Part shown: in pieces, positions 1 to 10,900 of the stretch | Layout of the letters: every line of letters begins with the position of its first letter | Position numbering within the stretch: the first letter of the stretch is position 1 | Translations under genes and position numbers: made by a program | From: an uncultured Gemmatimonadales bacterium | GTDB lineage: Bacteria > Gemmatimonadota > Gemmatimonadetes > Longimicrobiales > Gaopeijiaceae | Direction: 5' to 3' | Length of the DNA: 64,000 nt | NCBI GenBank assembly: GCA_963823035.1 | Contig: CAWGKG010000004.1 | Location: forward strand, 320,001 to 384,000 | The notes under the pieces: model-generated | What the model was told of the DNA's origin: nothing | The model's input: only the letters and a program-made list of their open reading frames with translations | Database searches by the model: none

Positions 1-180
1 CGCTTCCGCGCGCCCGCGCACCCACTCCTCCCTGCGCTTTTCGTGGTCGCAGCGGCCTTCGTCGTCTACAGCTCGGTCGCGTCGAACCCGCGGAACGCCC
101 TCTACGGCACGCTCCTCATCGGCGCGGGCGTGCCGGCGTTCCTGGGCTGGAGTCGCCGCAAGGGCTCGACGACGGCCTGA
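1..180 (+). CDS. APC-family amino acid permease, C-terminal fragment (5' partial)
   Basis: Manual translation of frame 1 gives RFRAPAHPLLPALFVVAAAFVVYSSVASNPRNALYGTLLIGAGVPAFLGWSRRKGSTTA*. This has two TM helices after an (R)FRAPxxP motif, typical of APC permease C-termini. Confidence 0.65.
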   Translation, partial: RFRAPAHPLLPALFVVAAAFVVYSSVASNPRNALYGTLLIGAGVPAFLGWSRRKGSTTA

Positions 181-193
181 GCCGCGCGCCCCC

Positions 194-2771
194 TCAGCGT
201 CCTCCGCCGTGGTTCGTGGCCGCCGAGGCGGCCGGCGCCTTCACCCAACGGTCGAACCAGTCGATGAAGCGCGCCCACATGTCGAGCTTGTTCTCGATGG
301 CGCGGGGGGTGTGCGACTCGTACGGGTACTCGTACAGCACCGCGGTCTTCCCCAGGATGGTGAGCGCGGAGATCATGCGCTCCGACTGGATCGGGAACGT
401 GCCGGTGTTGTTGTCGTCGCCGCCGTGGTACATGAGGAGCGGCGTGTCGATCTGGTCGGCCTTGAAGAAGGGCGACATCTCCAGGTACGTCTGCGGCGCC
501 TCCCAGATGCTCCGCCGCTCGGCCTGGAAGCCGTCCGGCGTGAGCGATCGGTTGTACGCGCCGTCGCCCGCGATCCCCGCCTTGAAGAAGGGGGCGTTCG
601 CCAGGATGTTGGCGGTCGCGAAGGCGCCGTAGCTGTGGCCGCCGTGTCCGATGCGGTCGATGTCGACCACGCCCAGCTCGTCCACCGCCCGCACGGCGCC
701 GTACATCGCGTCGACCAGGCTGGAGACGTACGTGTCGTTGTAGTTCTCCCCGATGATCGGGATGTCGGGGTACACGAGGGCGTAGCCCTGCGTGAGCCAG
801 ATGTCGGACCAGCGCAGCCAGCTCAGCGGCGTGAACGCGTTGTGGTTCCGCTCGCGGATGGCGGCGTGCTCGTAGTCCTCCGGGTGCACGTACTCACGCG
901 GGTAGTCCCAGAACATCGCGGGCACCGGCGGATCACCCGCCTTCCACCCCACGGGCATCGACACGCGTCCCTGGACCTTCAGGCCGTCGCGGCGCGCGAA
1001 CTCGAAGTCGATGCGCGTCGCGGCCGTGATCTCGGGGAAGGGGTCGACGTTGTTCGTCAGGTTCTCGCCCCACCCACCGTCGCGCGTCCACAGGTACGAG
1101 TCCGGGAAGTCGGTCACGGACTCGCGGCTGGCCACCACCCGCGAGAGGTCGGCGTCCAGCGGCACGAGCGGCTGATCGAAGGTGTCCTTCGAGCCCTCGA
1201 AGACGCGGGTCGTCGGCCCGCCCTTCACGCCCACACGGTCGATGAACGGCTGCGGCCGGAAGTCGGCGGCGTAGCCCGGGCCCTCCAGGTAGGCGGAGGC
1301 ACCGTCGGAGGAGACCACCGCGAATTCGAGCCCGTTGCCCGTGCGCTCCGTGAGCAGCTCGCCGGGGAGCTTCGTCGGGTCGTCCGTGGCGTGGAAGTCG
1401 ACCACGACGTCCCGCGCGGGAGCGACACCTCCGAGGCTCCAGTGCACGAGCGCGGTGCGCGGTCCCTTCGCGACCGTGGCGAAGGCGTGCCCCCCGTCGC
1501 GCGCGTAGCTGACGGAGCGGATGGGGTCCTCGCTCTCCGCGACGACGGTCGCGGCCGCCGTGTCGAAGGGTGCCACGAGCAGCATCAGCCGGTCGGGGCG
1601 CGGCGCGTCGTCCGGCTGCCCGTCGCCGCCCGCGCGACCGCTGCAGGTAGCCGAGCCCCGCGCCGTCCGGACGCCAGGCGAACGCGCGCGGCCCGTTGCC
1701 TCCGCCGTTTCCGCCCGGCCCGCCGCCGCCCCTCGTGTTCCCCTCGCGGAGCGGTGAAGCCTCGACGGTGGCCACCACGGCGCCCTTCCGGTCCAGCACC
1801 TCCGTCTTGCGGGGGAAGCCGCGGTAGCTCGTGAGGTACGAGAAGGGGCGCTCCATGTGCTCGGCGAGCACGTAGCGTCCGTCCGGGCTGAGGGAGATCG
1901 ACTCGTACATCTTCGGCGTGCCGAGCAGCACGGGCTTCTTCCCCTGCGTCAGCTCGGCGAGCTGGCTCGTGGTGTAGTACTCGAACAGATCCTCGTCGTG
2001 CGCGTCGCGCAGGAGGAACCGATACGTCGGGTTGTCGACGGGCTTCGGACGGGTCTGGCGGGTGAGCGGCCCATCCGGGATGCGGCTGTCCGCCGGCTCG
2101 GGGCCACGTCCCGGCGGCACGAGCAGCGTGAGCAGCGTGCCCTCGGGCGTCCACTGCAGCATGTCCGAAGGGCGGTGCCCCTGCCCGTTGGAGCTGGTGC
2201 CCGCGGTGGCCATCACGGGCGCGTCGCTCACCCGGCGGGCGCGGCCGGTGGCCGCGTCGGCCGTCCACACCTCCGTGTGGTCGGGCAGGTGCGCGAGGAA
2301 GGCGATGCGCGCCCCGTCCGGCGACCACGTGAAGTCGGAGGCGAAGCTCCCCGCGGGGAGGTCGACGTCGACGAAGCGCCGCTCGTCCAGCCCGTACAGC
2401 CGGAAGTCGTAGATCCCCCAGGTGTCGAGGTGCCAGAGGCGGTTCGTCCGGGGGCGGATCTCCATCTCCGCGAGTCGGAGCGTCGGCTTCGACATGAGCG
2501 CCAGCGTGGACAGCTCGTTGATCTCCGGAACCAGGAAGTGGTCACCGTCGGGGCTCGCGTAGTCGAGCGTCGCGTAGTTCTTGTCGGTGGCGAAGATCTT
2601 CTGGATCGACGCGGCCGGCAGGACGTAGTGGGCCTCGTCCGGGTTGACGGCCGGGGCGGCCTGCTGGGCCCCCGCCGGGGCGGCCACCACGAGCAGGAGC
2701 AGCAGCGAACGGAAAGCGCGGACGCATGGGAGATCCGGAGCGGAGGGGAGACGGACACGCCGAACGGACAC
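194..2771 (-). CDS. Secreted S9 (prolyl oligopeptidase family, glutamyl-peptidase-like) peptidase; frameshift near 1600-1640; start approximate
   Basis: The N-half (ORF 933..2819) has a signal peptide and WSPDG/LSPDG propeller repeats. The C-half (ORF 194..1585) has the GHSYGA nucleophile, HGGDDNN Asp and ESH His. Confidence 0.85.
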
Positions 2772-2925
2772 GGCAGGGACACGGTGGGGCGTTGCGACGT
2801 TGGGCGCCACCGTCAACAACCTGATGCCCTGACCTGTCCTCCATGGCTGGACGACCTACATTGACGGGGCCGCCGCCCCCCTCCCGGCAGAGCGACGCCC
2901 GTACCCCTCGGCAGGACGCGAATCC

Positions 2926-5900
2926 ATGCGACGCTTCACTCTCCTGGCCGCGCTGGCCCTTCTGGCCGTCGCGGCTCCCCACGCGCACGCGCAGCTCACC
3001 AAGCCGATCGACGTGGCGATGATGGATCAGTTCAAGTGGCGATCCGTCGGACCCGCGAACATCATGGGGCGCGTGACCGACGTGGAGGGTCTTCCCAGTC
3101 CCTCCACGACCTTCTACGTGTCGGCCGCCGCGGGCGGCGTGTGGAAGACCACCAACAACGGCACGACCTTCGATCTCGTGTGGAAGGGCGAGCGCGTCGC
3201 TTCCACCGGCGACATCGGCATCTCCCCCTCCGATCCGAACCAGGTCTGGCTGGGCACGGGGGAGGGGAACTCCCGCAACTCGATCTCTCCCGGCGGCGGG
3301 ATCTTCAAGTCGATCGACGGCGGGGAGAGCTGGACGTTCAAGGGGCTGAAGGAGACGCAGGTCATCACGCGCATCGTCGTGCACCCGACGAACCCCGACA
3401 TCGTGTACGTCGCGGCGCTCGGGCACATCTGGGACTCGAACCCGGAGCGCGGCCTCTACCGCACCACCGACGGAGGCGACTCGTGGAAGCTGGTGAAGTT
3501 CATCAGCGACAAGGCCGGCTTCGTCGACATCGTGCTCGATCCGCGTGACCCGAACGTGATCTGGGCGTCCAGCTGGGAGCGCGTGCGCGGGCCGTACTTC
3601 CTGAACTCGGGCGGCCCCGGCAGCGGCCTGTGGAAGAGCAGCAACGGCGGCGACAGCTGGACGGAGGTCGAGGGCAACGGCTTCCCGACCGCGAACAAGG
3701 GCCGCATCGGCCTGGCCATCAGCTTGTCGAACCCCGACGTGATGTACGCCGAGGTCGAGGCGGAGAAGGAGGCGGACGGCACCGGCGGGACCGGGCTCTA
3801 CCGCTCCGCCGACGCCGGCGTGTACGTGGGAGAAGATGAACGACGTCGACACGCGCCCGTTCTACTACTCCCAGGTGCGCGTCGACCCGCAGGACGAGAA
3901 CCGCGTCTACTTCTCGTCGACGCCGATGCAGTACTCCGACGACGGCGGCAAGACGTACGGCGCGACGACGAACGAGGTGCACGTGGACGACCACGCCCTC
4001 TGGATCGACCCGAACGACGGCAACCGGATGGTCGTCGGCAACGACGGCGGCGTCGCCATCAGCTACGACCGAGGTGGCAACTGGAGCTACCTGAACCACA
4101 TCGCGATCGGGCAGTTCTACGACGTCAGCTACAACTACGACATCCCCTACCGCGTCTGTGGTGGGCTGCAGGACAACGGCACGTGGTGCGCCCCGAGCCG
4201 CGTCGACGGGGGCGGCATCAACAACTACTACTGGGCCACCTACGGCGGCGGGGACGGCTTCGTCAGCGCGCAGGACTACGGGGATCCGACGATCCTGTGG
4301 ACCGAGTCGCAGGGCGGGAACATCGGCCGCATCAACGCGGTGACCGGCGAGCGCCAGAGCCTGCAGAAGCCGGATTGGATGGAGGTGTGGCGCCCCTACC
4401 AGGACACGATCGTCACGCTCGTGGCCGGGGGCGCCGGCGAGAGCGACGCGCGCATCCAGGACCTGAAGCGGCGCGCCACGGCGGACTCGGCCGCCTTCGA
4501 GAACCGGTGGAACTGGAACACCCCCTTCTTCCAGTCCGTGCACGACCGGAGCTGGTTCTACGCGGGCGCCAACATGGTCGTGAAGAGCACCGACTGGGGG
4601 ACGCACCTCCGGCCGATCTCGCCCGACCTGAGCTACGCCGACCCCGAGAAGGTCAAGGTCAGCCTCGAGACCACGGGCGGCATCACGGTCGACGCGACCG
4701 GAGCCGAGACGTACGCGACGGTGGTGGCGCTCGACGAGTCGCCGCGGCACGCGGGCTGGCTGTACGCGGGCACCGACGACGGGCGCGTGTGGACGACGCA
4801 GGACGACGGGAAGAGTTGGACGGAGCTCACCGGCCGCTTCCCCGGCGTGCCGAAAGGCACGTACGTGTCGCGCATCGAGGCGTCGAACTTCAGCGACCAG
4901 CGCTTCTACGTGACGTTCGACAACCACCGCACGAACGACTTCACGCCCTACGTCTACGTGACCGAAGACGGTGGGAAGACCTTCAAGTCGATCGTGGCGA
5001 ACCTCCCCACGGGCGCGCCGGACTTCGTGCACGTGCTCGAGGAGGACCCGCACAACGAGAACCTCCTCTTCGTCGGCACGGACGTGGGCGCCTACGTGTC
5101 CACGGACCGCGGCAAGTCCTGGCAGACCTTCATGAACGGCTTGCCGGCCGTGCCGGTGCACGACCTCGAGGTCCATCCGCGCGACCACGAGCTGATCGCG
5201 GCCACGCACGGGCGCTCGATCTGGATCGTGGACATCACGCCGCTCGAGCAGCTCACCGACGCGGTGCTCGCTGGCGGACGGCGGCGCTCTTCGCGCCGAA
5301 GCCGGCCTACCAGTTCGGGTCGGAGCCGCGCGGGGGCGAGTCGTACGCGCAGCAGTGGTTCGAGCGGCCCACGCCGGGCTCGCAGGCGGAGATCAGCTAC
5401 TACGTGGGTGAGACCGCCGCGAAGACGCTGGCCGACCAGGCGCAGGCGGGGTCGGGGGGCATGACGCGCGACGGCGCAGGCAACGACGGCGCCGCCACCG
5501 GCGGACCGGCGGCGCCGCCTCGGCAGGCGCGTCCCCCCGTGGTCCCCAGGTCGAGATCACGATCGCGGGACCGGACGGGGAGGTGTTCCGCAAGCTGAAC
5601 GGCCCGGCCACGGCCGGCCTGCACCAGGTGACGTGGAACTTCCGCGGCGAGGCGCCGCCCACGGCGGAGCCGTCCCCCTGGCAGAAGAAGGAGCGCGAGC
5701 GGATCGCGGCGCGCGCGAAGGTGGTGTCCGACTCCCTGAAGGAAGCCGGTTGGGACGCACAGTTCCTCGACCGGATGATGGGCGTCGTGACCGGCCAGAC
5801 GAGCCGCAACGAGGCGTTCGCGATGTTCGGCGGCGGGCGCGGCGGCGGCGGTGGCGGCGACCCCGAGGCCTTCCGGGAGCGCCCGGGCGAGACGCCGCCC

Positions 5901-6176
5901 GGAAGCAGGGCCGGCGGCGGCTTCGACTACGGCCAGATGCGCACGCTGGCCGACCTCATCAACCCGGGAGGCGGCCTCGGCTCGTTCTTCCGCGGACGCG
6001 GGGGTGGCGGCGCGCCCGTGGCGTCGCCGGGCAACTACACCGTCACGCTCAAGGTCGGCGACGAGACGTACTCTCAGCTGCTCAAGGTCGAGCGGCAGCC
6101 GGGGTATACCGGGGACTCCTCGCCCTTCGAGTCGCAGTGGCAGGAGCTGATGGAGCGCATCCGCGAAGGCGGCTGA
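2926..6176 (+). CDS. Secreted VPS10/BNR (Asp-box) beta-propeller protein (sialidase/glycosyl hydrolase-like); about 3 frameshifts (~3820, ~5275, ~5540)
   Basis: Signal peptide, WRSVGPANIMGRVTDVEG and many SxDGGxSW Asp-boxes run across ORFs 2926, 3836 and 5583, with HGRSIW and a Gly-rich C-terminus. Confidence 0.85.
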
Positions 6177-6205
6177 CCGCCGGTTCGTGGAGCTGTCGGG
6201 GATGC

Positions 6206-6242
6206 GAGGCCGGTCCGGGACGTCCCGGGCCGGCCTCTTCTT
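6206..6242 (+). terminator. Probable intrinsic terminator after the VPS10 gene
   Basis: GAGGCCGGTCCGGGAC/GTCCCGGGCCGGCCTC hairpin followed by TTCTT. Confidence 0.55.
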
Positions 6243-6320
6243 CGGTGTTGCCTCTCCGGCATCGGCGCGAACAGCTTGGACAAGGGAAGCGGCACGACCC
6301 ACGAGACTCGACGGGGAACC

Positions 6321-6698
6321 ATGCTCAAGGTGTTGATCCGAAAGCTCCTCCTTCTCCTCCTCCTGCTCTTCGCGGTCGGAATGGCCATCCCCAAGGCCCG
6401 CGCCCGGATGGTGGAGGCGGCGACACCGCTGATGGACAAGTTCCGCCTGAAGCTCGTGCCGTCCCGCCTCGATGCGATGGCGGACCAGCTCGAGGCGCGG
6501 CGGGGGCGCGGTGAGCCCTACCCGGGCAACTGGGAGGGGTGGCTGCGCCGGGACTACTCGGGCGTGCCCGAGGACCCCTGGGGCAACGTCTACTACCTGA
6601 AGACCGACAGGCGTGGCTTCACGGTGGGATCGGCGGGTCCCGACGGCGTGCCCCACAACGGGGACGACGTCACGGTGCAGCGCCGCCTCACCCGCTGA
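6321..6698 (+). CDS. Type II secretion GspG-like (T2SSG domain) protein with N-terminal TM helix
   Basis: PEDPWGNVYY and SAGPDGVPHNGDD are the GspG C-terminal motifs. The N-terminus is poly-Leu. Confidence 0.7.
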   Translation: MLKVLIRKLLLLLLLLFAVGMAIPKARARMVEAATPLMDKFRLKLVPSRLDAMADQLEARRGRGEPYPGNWEGWLRRDYSGVPEDPWGNVYYLKTDRRGFTVGSAGPDGVPHNGDDVTVQRRLTR

Positions 6699-6833
6699 CG
6701 TTCGTGCTGCGCGCGACGTTCTGACGGCCGGGGGTCCGTGACGCGGCGGCGCCGCGCCTGGATCTTGCCGACCCGCGCGGGGTGTTGCCTCTTTCGGCTC
6801 TCGCCCTCGTCCCCGCGCCTTCCCGGAGCGTCC

Positions 6834-7976
6834 GTGTCCCTCCGCCGCCCCGTCGCCGCAGCGCTCCTCGTGGCCCTCACGGCCGCGTGCGAGCCCGGGT
6901 CCGCGCCGGGTGCCGCTTCGTCGGGGGCCGTGGAGACCGCGTTCCGTGCCCTGCCCGACTCGACCTTCGCGTCCCTCGTCACGCGGATCTCCGAGCCGGG
7001 CGGCTACTTCGACACCGACAACCTGATCTCCAACGAGCGGGGCTACCTGAAGGTGATGGGAGCCCTGGAGCGGGCGGGTGTCCGGGGCGGGGCCTACGTC
7101 GGCGTCGGTCCGGACCAGAACTTCTCCTACATCGCGCGCATCCGGCCGGAGATCGCGTTCATCGTGGACATCCGGCGGGACAACCTCCTGCACCACCTCC
7201 TCCTGCGCGCGCTCGTGTCCCGCGCTCCCACGCGCGTGGAGTTCCTGGCCGGCCTCTTCGGCAAGGCACCGCCGCCCGATCCGGCCGCGTGGCGCGACCG
7301 TCCGATCGAGGACGTCCTCTCCTTCGTCGAGGCCGCGGCGGCCGATTCCGCCGTGGTGGCCGGGCTCGACGACGAGGTCGGGCGGACCGTCGCGACCTAC
7401 GGGATCCCCCTCGCCGACGCGGATCTGGGTACGATCCGGCGCTTCCACCACACCTTCGTCGACGCCGGCCCCGCGCTGCGCTTCACCAGCTACGGGCGCG
7501 CACCCCGACCGTACTATCCGACCTACCGGCAGCTCCTGATCGAGACCGACATGGAGGGACGGCACGCCTCCTACCTCGCCGACGCGGCGTCCTATGCCGT
7601 CGTGCGCGGTCTGGAGCGGGCGGGCCGCATCGTCCCCGTGGTGGGGGACCTGGGCGGCACGCACGCCGTGCGGGAGATCGGCGACGTGCTGCGGGAGATG
7701 GAGATCCCCCTGAGCGCCTTCTACGTGTCGAACGTGGAGTTCTACCTCGTTCAGCAGGGAACGCTCGACGACTGGATCGCCAGCCTGGCGACGCTGCCGG
7801 CGACCCCGGAGGCGGTGGTGATCCGCAGCGTCTTTCCCAACTACCGGAGAGACCATCCCTCGGCCGTTCCCGGCTACTACGCCGCTCAGGCGCTACAGCC
7901 GGTGACGACGCTCGTGACCGCCCGCTTCAACGACTACTGGGACCTCGTGACTCGCGACGCGCTCCCGCTTCGGTGA
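6834..7976 (+). CDS. Conserved hypothetical lipoprotein (possible SAM-binding fold)
   Basis: Lipobox LTAAC, motifs SEPGGYFDTDNLISNE, YVGVGPDQNFSY and FYVSNVEFYL, and coding-like codon bias. Confidence 0.7.
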   Translation: MSLRRPVAAALLVALTAACEPGSAPGAASSGAVETAFRALPDSTFASLVTRISEPGGYFDTDNLISNERGYLKVMGALERAGVRGGAYVGVGPDQNFSYIARIRPEIAFIVDIRRDNLLHHLLLRALVSRAPTRVEFLAGLFGKAPPPDPAAWRDRPIEDVLSFVEAAAADSAVVAGLDDEVGRTVATYGIPLADADLGTIRRFHHTFVDAGPALRFTSYGRAPRPYYPTYRQLLIETDMEGRHASYLADAASYAVVRGLERAGRIVPVVGDLGGTHAVREIGDVLREMEIPLSAFYVSNVEFYLVQQGTLDDWIASLATLPATPEAVVIRSVFPNYRRDHPSAVPGYYAAQALQPVTTLVTARFNDYWDLVTRDALPLR

Positions 7977-7984
7977 GAACCCCT

Positions 7985-10900
7985 ATGCGCCGTGCCTTCG
8001 TTTCGTGCCTCGTCGCCCTCGTCGCGCTCACGATATGGGGCGCCACTGCCGGTACCCCCGCGGTGCGCGCCCAGGAGGATCGGCCGATCGCCGCCTGGCT
8101 GGTGCTGGGCGCCTTTCCCGTGCGCGAAGGCCCGGATCGGCTCCGCCACGCCTACCTGGAGGACGAGGCCTCGTCGGCCCCGCGTCCGGCGGTGGCCGTG
8201 GGGTCGTTCTTGTGGCGCCAACGCCCGGCGGACGCGAACGGGCAGATGGACCTCAAGGTCGCGATCGGGGAGCCGCCGCTCGAGCAGGCCGTGGCCTACG
8301 CCTTCTCCTGGGTGACCACGGCGGACGAGCGCACGGTGAGCTTCGGCTTCGAGTCCGACGACGACGTGCGCGTCTGGCTGAACGGGACGCTGATCCTCGA
8401 CCGCGAGGTCGCGCGTAGCCTGCGCGGGGGTACGGACACGGTCACGGTGAGGCTGGCGCGTGGTGCCAACCGGCTCCTCATGAAGGTGGTGAACCGCACG
8501 GGCGAGTTCGCGCTGGGCGCGAGGCTGCTCGCCCTCGCCGACGCGCCGCTCGACGGCCTCCGCCTCGGTGCCACCCGCCCGCCGGACGCCCCCGTGGCGT
8601 CCGTGCCGTCTCCGTCCCTGACCGTGGCACCCCTGTCGGTGGCGGCCTTCGCGACGCTCGACGCCGGCACCGGCGCGCTACGCGTCCCGGTGGTGGCCCG
8701 GGCCACACGCTGGGGTGGGCTCTCCGGACCGGTGCGCCTGCGGGTGGGATCGCGGGAGGCCGAGCTGCCGGCCGCGGCGGACGGCGCCGTGGCGGAGGCC
8801 GAGCTGGCCACGACCTGGGACGACCTGCTGAAGGCCGCGAGCGGGGAGGGCGACGGCGTCACGGCCAACGTCGTCGGAGGAGGCACGGAGGGGCGGGGCA
8901 TCGACGCCGGTGCGGTGCTCCGTGTGCTGGCCCGCCCGATCGCCGTCGACGGTTGGAGGTGGCGTGACGACGCCGGTACGTGGCATCCCCTCCCGAGGGC
9001 CGGCGCGTACGGCGTCGACGCCACGGTGGCGCGGGAAGCTCGCGCGCTCGCCTTCGAGGCGCCGGTGCCCGACGCGCTCGCCGGCCTCACGCTGGAGATG
9101 GACGTGGCCGAGCTCGCGACCCCGGAGGCGGTGGTGCGGGTGGACGGCGAGGTGCGCACCCCCTCCGCGTCCGCGAGGGTACGCCTGTGTGGGCCGTGCG
9201 GGGCCGGTGCGTCGATCTCCGTCGAGGTGGAGCCGCACGGGAACTGGTGGGACGCCCCCAGGCTGGTCGTGCCCGACGCCGGGTGGACGGAGATCGCGGA
9301 GGGTGCGCGCTGGGCGCGCTACTTCCTGGGGGACTCGATCCTCCCCGAAGTCCCGGACGAAGAGGTGGCGCGCAGGCTGCTCGCCGCCGCCGCCGCGCCC
9401 GACAAGGCCCGCTACCGGGCGCTGGTGGGCACATGGATGAAGCGCCTGGAGCCCGCGGCGCGCCAGGTCCGGGCGGACACGATCGACGTCGTGGGCAACG
9501 CGCACATCGACGCGGCGTGGCTGTGGCGGTGGGAGGAGACGGTGGACGTGGTGCGCAACACCTGGCGCACGGCGGCCAAGCTGCTGGAGAAGTACCCTGG
9601 CGCGACCTTCGCCGGCTCCTCGGCCGCGTACTACGCGTGGTTGGAGACGTACGAGCCCGCCCTCCTGCACGAGATCCAGCGGCTGCAGCGGGAGGGGCGC
9701 TGGGCGCCTGTGGGCGGGTGGTGGGTCGAGGCCGACGCGAACCTCCCGTCGGGGGAGGCGCTCGTGCGGCAGGCCCTGTACGGCCAGCGCACGTACCAGC
9801 GCCTCTTCGGACGGATGGCCACCGTGGCGTGGATCCCCGACACCTTCGGCTACACCTGGACGCTTCCGCAGATCTTCAGGAAGTCCGGGTTCGACTACTT
9901 CGTGACGCAGAAGGTGCGCTGGAACGACACCGACACGTGGAGCGCGGACCGCAACCTCTTCTGGTGGGAGGGACGCGACGGGACGCGCATCCTCTCGTAC
10001 ATCCCGTACGGCTACACGCATCAGCTGCAGCCCACGAGCCTCGCGGAGGAGTGGAAGGCGTCGCGGGACAGCACGGCCTCACGCCACATGCTCGTCTTGT
10101 ACGGGGTGGGTGACCACGGCGGCGGCCCCACCATGGAGATGCTCGACCGGGCCCGGGAGCTCGAGCGCATCCCCACCTTTCCGCCGCTGAGGGGAACGCT
10201 CCCCGAGCGCGCGCTCGAGCGCATGGCCGCGGACGCCGAGGACGTGCCGGTCATCGACGACGAGTTGTACCTCGAGTACCACCGCGGCGTGTACACGAGC
10301 CAGGCGGAGATGAAGGCCTGGAACCGGCGCCTCGAGGCGCTGCTCGGCGCGGCGGAGGCGGCTTCCGCGCACGCCGCGTTCGTCGGCGCCCGCCGACGCC
10401 TGGTACAACTACCCGCGTGGCTCGCTCGCGGCCGCGTGGGAGAAGACCCTCTTCAACCAGTTCCACGACCTGCTCCCGGGGTCGGGGATCGGTCCGGTCT
10501 ACGTGGACGCCGTCGACGACTACCGCGAGGCGGCGCGCCTGGCCGACATGGCGCTGGCGCGCGCCGGCGAGATCGTCGGCGCGTCGCTCGACACGCGCTC
10601 CCCCGTCGAGGGTGGGCGGCCGTACCTCGTGCTGAACCCCTCCGGGTACGTGCGGGGCGGGGTGGCCAAGATCCCGTGGAAGGGCGCGGCGGCCCACGTG
10701 GTGGACGCCTCCGGCCGCGACGCTCACCGCAACGCGTGCGCGCGGACACGTTGCGTGCGCTCGTCCCGGAGGTGCCGCCCACGGGCGGCAGAGTGGTCTT
10801 CGTCGTGTCGGCCGGGGAGGGCGGCGACGGCGGTGCGGATGGCGACGCCGAGCGCGCCGGACCCGCGGGGGCGGCGGCGGCCGCGGGCCCCGTGATCCTC

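Noticed and set aside
6782..7984. 1717-aa ORF suggesting a giant GH38 fusion
   Set aside because: The first ~400 codons are an Arg/Gly-rich off-frame overlap of the lipoprotein gene. The real start is ATG 7985 with a signal peptide.
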